A stretch of 60,616 nucleotides of DNA from Candidatus Dojkabacteria bacterium (GCA_026415655.1 JAOAGR010000001.1:1-60616), one strand, 5' to 3'. Positions 38,949 through 49,332 are shown, numbered from the stretch's first letter. Numbers and translations are program-made. Notes: generated from the sequence alone by a model not told the origin.

Positions 38949-39974
38949 ATGAAGATTGCAAATGAAAAAAAGGCAAAAGTGAGTAAAATACGTTATTTTA
39001 TTGTTATTGTAGTATTAATCATTGTCCTTGGACTTGTGATATGGTATGTTTGGAATCGTAATAATTCTGAACCAGAAGTTAAAAGACCATATCCATATGT
39101 TGAGATAGATTTCCGTTCTGTTGATAAGTATGGCACAGAATATCGAATCGTCAACGCTGAGCCATTTAAACCTGATACATCAAAATCTCCTATTAAGTAT
39201 TATGAGGTCGACTACACAAATATCGATGCCACCGTAGTTCAACGACTTACCTCCCTAGCGGCTTCAAAATTTGGATTCAACAACAAATTAGAAAGCAAGC
39301 AGCAAAGCTTAGTTGTATGGTCTGTTGATGGTTCCCAAGATTCTGTTGCAAAGTATGGATACATATCATATGGATATAAAACTAAGATTATTACTCTTTT
39401 TATAAATTCTGATGATATAAAATATCCATTAGAAAAAGATGATGAAGAAAGTATAAAAAAAGTAATATCAGAAGACTTCGGGTTTTTGCCAAATAATATT
39501 GTATTAAAAGAAAAATTAGATAAAGGTAATGGAGTTTATGAATATCATTTCATAAGTAAGATTGATGAATATATGATATTTCGTCCATCATATCAATCAA
39601 GTCATTTGGTTGTAAGGGTAAAAGATAATAATATAAAACATATAGATTATGTAGTTATTCCCAATGTGCTTGTTGAAAAAGGTAGTCTCACACCGTTAAA
39701 AGAGATAACTATTGCAAACGCCGCACGACTAGATATTGATGCCAGATTTGAATTAACAACTTTCAAACCTTATTCTGCAAATCAGGTAATAAAATATCCT
39801 ATCAAAGTAAGATTAGATAAATTAGAAGAATATATGTATTACATGTATGTTGACTCTATAAATGATAAAAAAGTTTTATTTTTGCCTGTTGGTTATATCA
39901 CTGCTCAGTTTGAAGATACTGATGGTATGAGAGGTATTGGGAGGTTATATGTCGTAAATCAGCAACCTGAATAA
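38949..39974 (+). CDS. Hypothetical membrane-anchored extracellular protein
   Basis: Basic N-terminus plus TM; 341-aa ORF in operon. Confidence 0.7.
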   Translation: MKIANEKKAKVSKIRYFIVIVVLIIVLGLVIWYVWNRNNSEPEVKRPYPYVEIDFRSVDKYGTEYRIVNAEPFKPDTSKSPIKYYEVDYTNIDATVVQRLTSLAASKFGFNNKLESKQQSLVVWSVDGSQDSVAKYGYISYGYKTKIITLFINSDDIKYPLEKDDEESIKKVISEDFGFLPNNIVLKEKLDKGNGVYEYHFISKIDEYMIFRPSYQSSHLVVRVKDNNIKHIDYVVIPNVLVEKGSLTPLKEITIANAARLDIDARFELTTFKPYSANQVIKYPIKVRLDKLEEYMYYMYVDSINDKKVLFLPVGYITAQFEDTDGMRGIGRLYVVNQQPE

Positions 39975-40012
39975 TTGTCTAATTTTTGTACTTTTGTAAT
40001 AATGATTTGTCT

Positions 40013-40666
40013 ATGCCAAATACCACTACTAATGTCAAAACTGATTACTATGTGCCCCCAGATCCAAAAGTCGAGATAAAAGAAAAAATTAGAGCGTTCT
40101 TCAATGCTTTCGGAAATCTAATTACAGTAATAGCACTTATTGCTATACTTGGTGTAATATCTTATTTTTTTATATTTCCTTTCAATGTAGTCGATGGTAT
40201 ATCTATGCAACCAAATTTTTGTAATGGTGATATCTATATTACGAATAAGATTACTGATTATTTTAACAATTATTCAAAAGGTGATGTAATTGCCTTTAAG
40301 TATAATGAGAAAAGTAATTATATAAAGCGTATCGTTGCTATGGAGGGCGATACTGTAAAAATAGAGGGGGGGAAAGTATATGTAAATGGCTTAGAAATAG
40401 AAGAGCCTTATTTACCTGAAGGTCGAACTACTGAGGTAGGCGGGTGGAGCCAACTTGCCGAAGGAATGGAATATATTGTACCAAAAGGTCATTATTTTGT
40501 ACTCGGAGACAATAGACATTTTAGCTCTGATTCAAGAGATTTTTTGGCCATTTCACCATCGAAAAATCCAATGAACGGCAATGTGATAGTTATAGTCTGG
40601 CCACCAGAAAGAATGAGGATTTTTGATAAAAATCAAGGTTTGCCAGAAAATGAATGTAATAAATAG
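40013..40666 (+). CDS. lepB: Signal peptidase I (S26)
   Basis: VDGISMQPNF, YIKRIVA, FVLGDNRHFSSDSR; ATG 40013 chosen over TTG 39986. Confidence 0.95.
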   Translation: MPNTTTNVKTDYYVPPDPKVEIKEKIRAFFNAFGNLITVIALIAILGVISYFFIFPFNVVDGISMQPNFCNGDIYITNKITDYFNNYSKGDVIAFKYNEKSNYIKRIVAMEGDTVKIEGGKVYVNGLEIEEPYLPEGRTTEVGGWSQLAEGMEYIVPKGHYFVLGDNRHFSSDSRDFLAISPSKNPMNGNVIVIVWPPERMRIFDKNQGLPENECNK

Positions 40667-40948
40667 CTTTGATTCTAACAACCTGAAAAACCAAATAGTT
40701 ATCATATTAAAGAATTATTTTGTTTTGTAGTTTTCATCTTGTAGGCGAATAAGATCTAATTAGAAAGTTCATTAATAAGTTTTGATTCTGATAAAAGAAA
40801 TTTATACAAAGTAAATTTAAATTTCATCAGTAAAAAATAATAAAAGTTAAGAAAATAGATAGAGAAAAGATAAAGAAAAGGACTAATAGAATCAGAAAAT
40901 CCTAACAAATCGCAATAACACGTAATACATCATGATATTCAATTTCAA

Positions 40949-41851
40949 CTAAATCAAATCCTTTATGTCTTCGGGTTTTATTAACCCTTTCTCAGTAATG
41001 TATCCACCTGTAATATATTTTGCTGGTACGAGATCAAATGCGGGATTGATAATGTGAATATTATCATGTGTGTAATCCCAAACTTCGTCTGGACTACGTA
41101 ATTCTATCAAAAATTTTTCAAGATCCTTTGATCTGGGATCTAATTTCATAGTTTGTGTTACGACAAAAAATGGGATATTAGCTTCATAACACGCTAGTGC
41201 AAGAGAATAAGTTCCAATTTTATTTACTAAATCTCCATTTAGTGTGATTCCGTCGCTTCCCACAATTGCTACCTCAGGATTTTCATAACGATTATCCAAT
41301 ACAATTGAAGATATAAATGAATCTACGTAATGTATTACATGTACACTATTTTGTGTTAATTTTTCTGCGGTGATACGACCTTGAAATTTTGGTCTTGTTT
41401 CTGATTGAAATACTCTTATTTTCTTAACCTTATTTATTCCTATCAATGTATCTCTGACCAAAGAAGAATGACAGTGAGTAATAAATCTAGAGTAATTTTT
41501 CAGGATCATCATCGCATTAGTCCGGATCACTTCATATGATTCATCAATATATTTGAAAAATTGCTCTATTTTATCAATCATCTTTACCCTAAGCTCTTGT
41601 TGATTTTCACACTCATCAATATGAGCCAGTATATATGTCATTGCATTATATGCTATTGGTTCATTTGGTCTTGCCTCTGCCAATGCAAATGCATAATATT
41701 TTATTTTTTGCTTAAAAACTTCAAAATTATGAACTTTTGTGTGAGTTATATAATTCAATAATGCCTTTACAGCAGCTTTGGCTATATTGGTGTTTCCTTG
41801 TATTTTTAGGTCCTTTATATCTTGGATTGTTTTTTCTAGCTCTTTTTCCAT
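40949..41851 (-). CDS. Ribose-1,5-bisphosphate isomerase (eIF-2B-like family)
   Basis: IQGNTNIA, ARPNEP, THCHSS, ETRPKFQG, GSDGI, NKIGT, NPAFD; adjacent to AMP phosphorylase. Confidence 0.88.
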   Translation of the reverse strand: MEKELEKTIQDIKDLKIQGNTNIAKAAVKALLNYITHTKVHNFEVFKQKIKYYAFALAEARPNEPIAYNAMTYILAHIDECENQQELRVKMIDKIEQFFKYIDESYEVIRTNAMMILKNYSRFITHCHSSLVRDTLIGINKVKKIRVFQSETRPKFQGRITAEKLTQNSVHVIHYVDSFISSIVLDNRYENPEVAIVGSDGITLNGDLVNKIGTYSLALACYEANIPFFVVTQTMKLDPRSKDLEKFLIELRSPDEVWDYTHDNIHIINPAFDLVPAKYITGGYITEKGLIKPEDIKDLI

Positions 41852-41857
41852 ATTGTG

Positions 41858-43354
41858 TTAATAAATTACAATGTTTTTATATTTCAAAATTTCGCATGCT
41901 AGATGAACCCTCTTATCGCTTGTAGAGTAAATAGTAAATAGCTTTTCCCCCTTAGAAACAGTTTCTCCGACTTGTTTATGTAGATAAATGCCGGCAGATT
42001 TTATATTTGGCGCTCCAAGTGAATGAGCCAAATCTTTGATCAAATGATTTTCTATGTCTGTTACAACACCATCATGATCAGCTGTGATGTCGCATTGATA
42101 CTGTCCTGGTCTTAGATCTTCAGGCTGTACATTTGGATTTCCACCCTGTGCTGCGATGATTTTTTGGAATGCTTTATAAGCTCTACCTGACTGGAGCTCC
42201 TTCTTTGCTTTTTCATAACCTTTACCAGGTTTTGCTTCCCCACAAAGTTCCAATAGTTCGCCTGCTAGCATAAGTGATACATCTTCAAGAGGTAGGTATC
42301 TGTCGTCACGTTGTAAAAGTACTTTTAATAGATCAATGGCTTCTAATACAGGTCCTATACCACGACCATCAGGACCTATTGCATGTCTAGTGACAACTTT
42401 AATCTTTATACCAAATTTTTCTGCTATAGATTCGAATTTCTTTTGTATCATGTGAACATCCTCGCTGTGGTGTACTTTTGTGTCGGGACCATAAGGTATA
42501 TCCAAGACCAGATGCGTCAATCCTATAGCCACTTTTTTTGCCATTATGCTAACTATAAATTTGTCATAAAGTTCGATCCCAAGGGGCTTTTCTATGTCGA
42601 TAAGTGCTTCATCAGCCGGTGCAAGATCTAAACCTCCTCCCCAGACAATACAAGCATTATTTCTCCGGATCAAATCTTCAATTTCTTCTTTAGAATAAAC
42701 CATATTACATAAAACCTCCATCACATCAGTTGTGCCTGCTGGTGATGTAATAGAACGTGTCGATGTATTTGGTATTACAAGTCCCAAAGACGATATTATA
42801 CTAACTAATATCGGTGTAATACCTTTACCAGCCAGTCCACCTATACTGTGTTTATCTACCACTTTTTCATATGGCCATTTAAATACATCACCAGTGTAGG
42901 CCATTGCTTTCGTAAGATAATATAGTTCTTTATCATTAAATCCAGGATTGAATCCGCAAGCAGCAAAATATGTGGCTTCTATTGTGCCTAAACGACCAGA
43001 AACAATATCCTCAAGGATAGATTTTATCTCGTTATAATTTAATTCTTTACCTAATAATTTTTTTCTTATGCTTAATATTGATTTCGGTTGAGATAAAAAA
43101 TTAACTTCGATAATCTCACCTTCATGTACATTTATTTTTTCCCAAAGAGAATTGGAAATGCCAATCTCGTGGTGAGATACTAATTTTTCAGTGATATCTA
43201 CATTAACGATAAACTTTTTTTTAGAATTTGGTTTGCTAATCTCGAGTTTCGTGTCTGTAGTAATAGCTTCTTCTAAAGCTTTTCTATGATTAATGATTAT
43301 CGTCTTTTTATGATTAGATGATAAATCTATTTTTCTTGCTCTAAGATAAAACAT
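41858..43354 (-). CDS. AMP phosphorylase (thymidine phosphorylase family, archaeal type with N-terminal extension)
   Basis: VDKHSIGGLAG, STRSITSPAGTTDVMEVL, WGGGLDLAPAD, SIMAKK, GRGIGPVLEA, IIAAQGG. Confidence 0.92.
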   Translation of the reverse strand: MFYLRARKIDLSSNHKKTIIINHRKALEEAITTDTKLEISKPNSKKKFIVNVDITEKLVSHHEIGISNSLWEKINVHEGEIIEVNFLSQPKSILSIRKKLLGKELNYNEIKSILEDIVSGRLGTIEATYFAACGFNPGFNDKELYYLTKAMAYTGDVFKWPYEKVVDKHSIGGLAGKGITPILVSIISSLGLVIPNTSTRSITSPAGTTDVMEVLCNMVYSKEEIEDLIRRNNACIVWGGGLDLAPADEALIDIEKPLGIELYDKFIVSIMAKKVAIGLTHLVLDIPYGPDTKVHHSEDVHMIQKKFESIAEKFGIKIKVVTRHAIGPDGRGIGPVLEAIDLLKVLLQRDDRYLPLEDVSLMLAGELLELCGEAKPGKGYEKAKKELQSGRAYKAFQKIIAAQGGNPNVQPEDLRPGQYQCDITADHDGVVTDIENHLIKDLAHSLGAPNIKSAGIYLHKQVGETVSKGEKLFTIYSTSDKRVHLACEILKYKNIVIY

Positions 43355-43441
43355 AGCTTTTTATATTCAAGATAGAAAATCTGAATAAATATTTCAACAG
43401 TGATTGCAATTATCTTTAAAATGATTTATTTTACATTAATT

Positions 43442-44197
43442 ATGAAAACAGTAGTAATCACAGGATGTACAAAAGGAATAGGCGAAGCTTTGGCTTATAG
43501 ATTCGCCAGAGAAAATTATAAAGTCATTGGTATTGCAAGAGATGAAGAAAAATTGAAATTGCTAAAAGAAAAATTAGAAGCAGAATTTAACATTAAATTT
43601 AATTATTTGGTAGCTGATTTATCTAAATATGAACAAGTTAGTAAAACTATTGATTTTTTAAGTGTTAATGATTTTGATGTATTGATAAATAATGCAGGGT
43701 TTGGCTTACATGGAGAATTTGTAGAGCTGGATATAGATGCTCAAATAGCCATGATAAATCTTAATGTTACTGCATTAGTTAGACTAACACATTTTGCAAT
43801 TAATAAATTTAAGAAATTGGGGAAACATGATGCGACCGTGATCAATATAGGTTCTACTGCTGGTTTTATGCCTGGTCCTTATAATGCAATTTATTTTGCT
43901 ACAAAGGCGTTTGTAAATAGTTTTTCACAAGCAATTCATGAAGAGCTAGAAGGTACAGGTATAAATGTACTTTGTATTTGTCCCGGTCTGACAAAAACTA
44001 ACTTTTTTGAAAATGCAAAATGGGATATTAATGGGCAAATGATGACTTCTGAAGAAGTCGCTGATATTACATATCAAAGTTATGTTGAAAAAAAAGTTAT
44101 AGTAGTAACAGGCTTTTATAATGCTTTTATGATCTCAATCATAAAACGATTACCAGAGTCTTGGAAAAGATACCTTACTAAGAGACTTCTTAAGTAG
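43442..44197 (+). CDS. Short-chain dehydrogenase/reductase
   Basis: TGCTKGIG, LINNAGFG, YFATK. Confidence 0.93.
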   Translation: MKTVVITGCTKGIGEALAYRFARENYKVIGIARDEEKLKLLKEKLEAEFNIKFNYLVADLSKYEQVSKTIDFLSVNDFDVLINNAGFGLHGEFVELDIDAQIAMINLNVTALVRLTHFAINKFKKLGKHDATVINIGSTAGFMPGPYNAIYFATKAFVNSFSQAIHEELEGTGINVLCICPGLTKTNFFENAKWDINGQMMTSEEVADITYQSYVEKKVIVVTGFYNAFMISIIKRLPESWKRYLTKRLLK

Positions 44198-44476
44198 ATT
44201 TACGTCTATTTGGGGATTTCGTAAACATTTTTGATTAAAAATTAATTGTAAAACTAAAAATTTCAAGATTTGTATGACTGCATTTTTAGGTTTGTAATTT
44301 AAAAATCTATTTAATTGTTTATAACTGACATAAGAAATGATCTTTGTATTATTTTCTGACTGTTAAACATTGGGATCTTATTGGAGTAATTGACTTTGAA
44401 TAGGGGAAGTTTGATTATTTACCTTATTGATAACTCATTTAAAATCTTATTTCAAACCTTTGTGTTAAAAATATTT

Positions 44477-45190
44477 TTAATTTAATTTCAAAATATATTT
44501 TATGAATTGATATGTATTTTGTATAGAATAGCCTAAAGTATCATTATTAGGTACTTTTACTGATTCTGAGAAATGGATCACAAAATGAGCTATATTTCTA
44601 GCATCTAAAATTTCCCTTTTTGCTGTCAATAGTCGTGAAGTTATATTATTCTTACCTGCCATTTTCATTCTTCTTTTGATTTGATTGAGCGAGTCCGGTA
44701 TGATAAATATAACAAGTAAGTTACACTCGTTTCGTAGAGCATTATAAATACTTCTAGCACCATTATTTTCGCATACCAAAATAGAATTCTGGTGATTTTT
44801 TATCGCATTCATAAGCTCGTTTTTCGGAGTACCATATAGACTACCAGCATGGATGTTGTATTCTAATAGTCCGTATTCTCTGATTAATTGATTAATGACA
44901 TTTGAATCATTTATATCTATTTTATCTGTATCGGGCCTAATGTAATCATCATTTATATTGTCTTTTCTTGTATTGGGGCGTGTAGTAAAGGTACGAACTT
45001 TATAAAATCCTTGTTTAATAAGATATTCTGCAAGTGTAGATTTTCCCGCTGAGCTTGGGCCTATAATTATAATTAAATTATTTTTTTGCGAATCAAAAAC
45101 AAATTTTCTGGTGGCATTTTCATATACAATGTTGAAATCTTCCAATTTTTTAAATTGTGAAAGTATTTTTTTGATAAAGCTAGAAACCAT
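44477..45190 (-). CDS. Guanylate kinase-like P-loop kinase (divergent)
   Basis: GPSSAGKST, TFTTRP, LLEY..YGTP, IFIIP. Confidence 0.75.
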   Translation of the reverse strand: MVSSFIKKILSQFKKLEDFNIVYENATRKFVFDSQKNNLIIIIGPSSAGKSTLAEYLIKQGFYKVRTFTTRPNTRKDNINDDYIRPDTDKIDINDSNVINQLIREYGLLEYNIHAGSLYGTPKNELMNAIKNHQNSILVCENNGARSIYNALRNECNLLVIFIIPDSLNQIKRRMKMAGKNNITSRLLTAKREILDARNIAHFVIHFSESVKVPNNDTLGYSIQNTYQFIKYILKLN

Positions 45191-45228
45191 AGATTGAATT
45201 TTATATTAATTTGTGTCATAGATAAATT

Positions 45229-46587
45229 ATGTTTAGATCAATAAACCCTTACACTGAAAAAGTAATATACGAAAATCCAGAAATTGCAGACGAAGAGTTA
45301 GAAAAAAGATTAGATTTAGCCTTTAGTGCATTTTTAAAATGGAGAAAGATTACATTAAATGAACGGAAAAATTTTATTGCAAAACTAATAGAAATACTTA
45401 CGACTTATAGATCGAATCTTGCTCACCTAATTACTTCAGAAATGGGAAAAACTATTAAGGAATCTGAATCAGAAGTTGATAAATGTGCAAAGTTAATACG
45501 ATACTATACTGACAACATAGATAGATATATTGCTGATGAGTTTATAGATGAGGGTAAGAAAATAATTTACGAACCTTTAGGTCCAATTTTTGCTATCATG
45601 CCGTGGAATTTTCCTTTTTGGCAAGTTTTTAGATTCGTTGTACCGAATTTATTGGCTGGAAATACTGTTGTTTTAAAGCATGCTTCTAATGTCCAAGAAT
45701 CAGCAAAAGTAATTGAATTTATATTTGATAATATTGGATTTGGATCTGGATTACTAATTAATTTACCTATTTCTTCAGCAAGGGTAGAAAGGGTTATTTC
45801 TGATCAAAGAATTTTTGGCGTTACTCTGACTGGTAGTGAGAACGCTGGTAGATCCGTTGCTAGACTTGCAGGTGAATATATCAAAAAAGTAGTTTTAGAA
45901 TTAGGAGGTAATGATCCTTTTATTGTATTTGAAGATGTTGATTTAGATTTTGTCTTAGATAATGCAGCGAAAGCAAGACTCAGAAATGCTGGACAGGCTT
46001 GTAATTCGGCTAAGAGATTTTTAATACATCAGAAAATTTTTAATCAGTTCGTTGATGGGTTGCGAGCAAGGTTTGCATCCGTCAAAGTGGGAGATCCTCT
46101 AGATCGAAATACTGATATGGGACCAGTGGTTTCTGAAAGTGCTAGAGAACAAATTCTTGAACAGATAGAAATTGCCAAAAATAATGGAGCCGAGGTAACT
46201 TGGGGGGGGAGAAAATTGCACAATCAAGGTTATTTTGTTGAACCTACAATTGTGAGTAATGTGTCACAAAACAATCCAGTATTGGATCAAGAGATTTTTG
46301 GTCCTGTTGCATTGGTAATGTCGTTTGGGGATCATGCAGGGGCTATTGAATTGGCAAATAAGACAGCTTTTGGATTGAATTCTTCAGTGTGGACAAATAA
46401 TAAAGAGTATCAAGAGTATGCAATCAAAAATATACAAGCGGGTAGTGTTTTCATAAATCAAATAGCAACTTCTGATGTGATGATGCCTTTTGGCGGAATC
46501 AAAAAATCTGGCTTTGGTAGAGAAATGGGCGAGTCAGGAGTTAGAGAATTCTTAAACATAAAATCTGTTGTTTATAACAATGGCTAG
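45229..46587 (+). CDS. NAD(P)-dependent aldehyde dehydrogenase (succinate-semialdehyde dehydrogenase-like)
   Basis: IMPWNFPFWQ, LKHAS, LTGS, LELGGNDP, NAGQAC, EIFGP, PFGGIKKSGFGRE. Confidence 0.93.
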   Translation: MFRSINPYTEKVIYENPEIADEELEKRLDLAFSAFLKWRKITLNERKNFIAKLIEILTTYRSNLAHLITSEMGKTIKESESEVDKCAKLIRYYTDNIDRYIADEFIDEGKKIIYEPLGPIFAIMPWNFPFWQVFRFVVPNLLAGNTVVLKHASNVQESAKVIEFIFDNIGFGSGLLINLPISSARVERVISDQRIFGVTLTGSENAGRSVARLAGEYIKKVVLELGGNDPFIVFEDVDLDFVLDNAAKARLRNAGQACNSAKRFLIHQKIFNQFVDGLRARFASVKVGDPLDRNTDMGPVVSESAREQILEQIEIAKNNGAEVTWGGRKLHNQGYFVEPTIVSNVSQNNPVLDQEIFGPVALVMSFGDHAGAIELANKTAFGLNSSVWTNNKEYQEYAIKNIQAGSVFINQIATSDVMMPFGGIKKSGFGREMGESGVREFLNIKSVVYNNG

Positions 46588-47341
46588 AAAAGTATTGATA
46601 ACTGGTGCATCTAGTGGGATTGGTTACGAGCTATGTCATGTTTTTGCAGAAAATGGATTTGATGTAGTTGGTGTTGCGCGTAATAGAGGAATACTTGAAA
46701 TGATGAATAATGCTTGGTGTTCCTTGTATAAAACTAAATTTGAATTTTTAGTATGTGATCTTTCAGATAGTGGTGATCTATTAAATTTATTTGACTATCT
46801 AAAAAAAGAAACCGTAGATGTGCTCATAAACAATGCAGGTATTGGACTTTATGGTAAGTTTAACTCGACTGATATTCAAAGGAATCTGGACATTATTGAT
46901 GTAAATATGATTGCGTTAACAAAGCTTACTTATCATTTCCTTAAAAATTCCGAAGTAAAACACAAAACTGTGATAAATATATCCTCAATAGCAGGTTTTT
47001 ATCCTGGAGTGGGTAGCTCAGTATATTTTGCATCTAAATCTTATGTAAATAGTTTTTCTCAAGCTGTTGCTATAGAAAATGAAGGGGTCCATCGTGTAAT
47101 ATGCATATGTCCTGGTGATACTGCAACTAATTTTTTTGAGAATGCGGGTGGAAATGTTCATCAAAATGCTGCTGATCCTAGGGGAGTGGCAAAATTGGTG
47201 TACGATTCTTATGCCAAAAATGCATCACTGAAAATTGTTGGCATCAAGAATAAAATATTGTTTAGTTTATTGAAGATTTTACCAGCATTCTTGGTAAGAA
47301 AATATTCAAAGTATAGGCATATTTTTAAGAAAATTTGGTAG
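46580..47341 (+). CDS. Short-chain dehydrogenase/reductase (paralog of 43442..44197)
   Basis: TGASSGIG, LINNAGIG, YFASK. Confidence 0.92.
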   Translation: MARKVLITGASSGIGYELCHVFAENGFDVVGVARNRGILEMMNNAWCSLYKTKFEFLVCDLSDSGDLLNLFDYLKKETVDVLINNAGIGLYGKFNSTDIQRNLDIIDVNMIALTKLTYHFLKNSEVKHKTVINISSIAGFYPGVGSSVYFASKSYVNSFSQAVAIENEGVHRVICICPGDTATNFFENAGGNVHQNAADPRGVAKLVYDSYAKNASLKIVGIKNKILFSLLKILPAFLVRKYSKYRHIFKKIW

Positions 47342-47425
47342 AGTATTATTCTTTCTTTGCATGAAATGTTTACAGATGTACAGATGTGGTGTTATAATTA
47401 TTGGATTGATACACTTTTAGATCAT

Positions 47426-47836
47426 ATGGAGGTTTCAGATACACGACCGACAAGAAATAATTATATCACAACGTTTGCCAGGTTAGCATATGGATTTGGG
47501 AAGTCTATTGTATACCCTGTAGGACGGAGACTAGAATTGTTTGTAGATCAATGTATATATGGATTATCACCATTGCTGATCCTGGCTAATGCTAACAATC
47601 CATCAATATCATTAATTTTCTTATCTATATTAACCTATGCCTTAGACTATTTCGATAGTAGAACCGGAAATAACAGAAATAGGATCTCTGATATATTTAT
47701 TTCCAGTGTTGGGTTATTTACGAAAATTCTTGCTTCACATGAAGTTATTACACAATTCGTTCTTAGGTATAACTGGAATATCACTGATGTATTATTGAGG
47801 GCTGGATCCAATATTTTATCTACTTTTATTCCCTAA
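47426..47836 (+). CDS. Orphan hydrophobic protein (MEVSDTRPTRNNY...), possibly part of the cassette array
   Basis: ATG 47426 preceded by extended -10 TGTTATAAT (47390-47398). Confidence 0.55.
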   Translation: MEVSDTRPTRNNYITTFARLAYGFGKSIVYPVGRRLELFVDQCIYGLSPLLILANANNPSISLIFLSILTYALDYFDSRTGNNRNRISDIFISSVGLFTKILASHEVITQFVLRYNWNITDVLLRAGSNILSTFIP

Positions 47837-47972
47837 TCCACAGACTACATGGAACTTTGTAGAACAATATATAATGTTGCCTAATAAAAATAGATCAGTC
47901 TATACATATTCCATCAATACATAATGGACAGCAGTGTACTTGGTATTTTCTTCATTTGTCATGTACCAATTC

Positions 47973-48015
47973 TATTTTAACCTTCCATCTCTAAAACAGA
48001 TCCTTTATGAGGACC
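47973..48015. repeat. Degenerate third copy of the att-like core
   Basis: 27 of 43 ungapped matches to 49289-49331 by eye; followed at a similar offset by GGGATGCTTTTTATT versus GGAATGCTCATTTATT. Confidence 0.55.
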
Positions 48016-48277
48016 TTAAATTTAGCATGAAAATAGATAAAAACAGTATATGCATGGGATGCTTTTTATTCCATATTTTGCGGCTAATATTCGAAATATT
48101 ATTATCAAAACAATAATTTGTATAAGGGACATTGTATTGATTAATTGTGGCTCTCTTGTTATAGCTAGTTGTGTAATCATGCTGTGAACTATAGACGGTA
48201 ACGGTAGGCTATCAACAGAACAACACTGTAAACTATATTCATTTTAGACTCAATACACACAATGGACAAGACAAGAC

Positions 48278-48770
48278 TTGAATAAAGTTTCGGCAAACAT
48301 TTATCGCTCATTATTGGTATTTCGTCCCTTTCCGGCCATTCTAAGAGGTGTGGTGTTGAATCAGTTTATTTCATCATTTATTGGTTTGGTAGGGAGTGGT
48401 GGTATATATGATCGTTTATTGGTTAATTTTTGTTATATCATTGAAGGGATGGTCACATTCATTGGTGTATGGGGTTTTCCAAAGACTGAAGGTACTCAAA
48501 AATTATGATATACTGCTATGGATAAAAAACTCTCAACTTATGTTGATCGTACTGAACAAACAGACATCGGTTCGCAAGTTTAAGACATTCGTCGGGGTTA
48601 ATGAATATCGTGATCCCATATCAGGAAAAGCTCATGGTTTTGTTGGCATTTCTAATCTGAATTAATTCCCTTACCGAATTCGCATTAGTATGCCGTTATC
48701 GATGAAGAAACAACTAGGGTTAGGCATTTTGATTACAGTAAGTTCAAAAGTTAGTCGTCATTTGAGATGA
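48278..48770 (+). pseudogene. Disrupted paralog of 49521..50126
   Basis: SGGIY/SGDIY, KTEGTQKL/KTEGCQKI, QTDIGSQV*/QTNIGSQVY, RISMPLS..LGLG..HLR*/RISMPLS..LGIG..FLR*; internal stops; 5' end not resolved. Confidence 0.85.
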
Positions 48771-49259
48771 AAGTATCCTATTTGTTCTATATCTTAAGGG
48801 ATTTTCTTAACTTGTATTCAAGGTTTCTGTATTGATTTGTGTGGTAAAGAAATATGATGTACATGTTTGTATAACCAAAGGGAAATGAGATGTTATCGTC
48901 AATATGTGGTCAACCTTATACGGTATTACCTATAGTTCTCGCTTGTTAATCGAAGATGATTTTGTTTTATAACATAGGCTATTTTCCGTTATTTTAAAAT
49001 ATATGGACCGTTATCAATATCATTAATCGGTTGAAGTTGAAAATTTATTTGTAGCATTTTCAAGCTCTATAATTGGTTTCAGATGAATGACATTACTGGT
49101 AGGCAGTGAATATCCAATATTTAGTTGGGATGATTTAATGTAGCAATAAATGATAAAATGAACTTTATCTCTTGATAGTTTAATTCCACGTTTGTTTTTA
49201 TACCTACGAAAAACATTCAATGAAATATGTACCTTATACAGAGAATTAGAAAAATCTGC

Positions 49260-49332
49260 TTTGGTCTGCTTATGCTGTATTCTACTGATATGTCAACTCC
49301 CCATCTCAATCGCAAACTCCTCATCAGTACCA
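49260..49332. repeat. Direct repeat (att-like), copy 1: duplicate of the 3' end and downstream flank of gene 51205..51834
   Basis: 69/73 identical to 51172-51244; 49293-49332 is an exact 40-bp match to 51205-51244. Confidence 0.97.
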
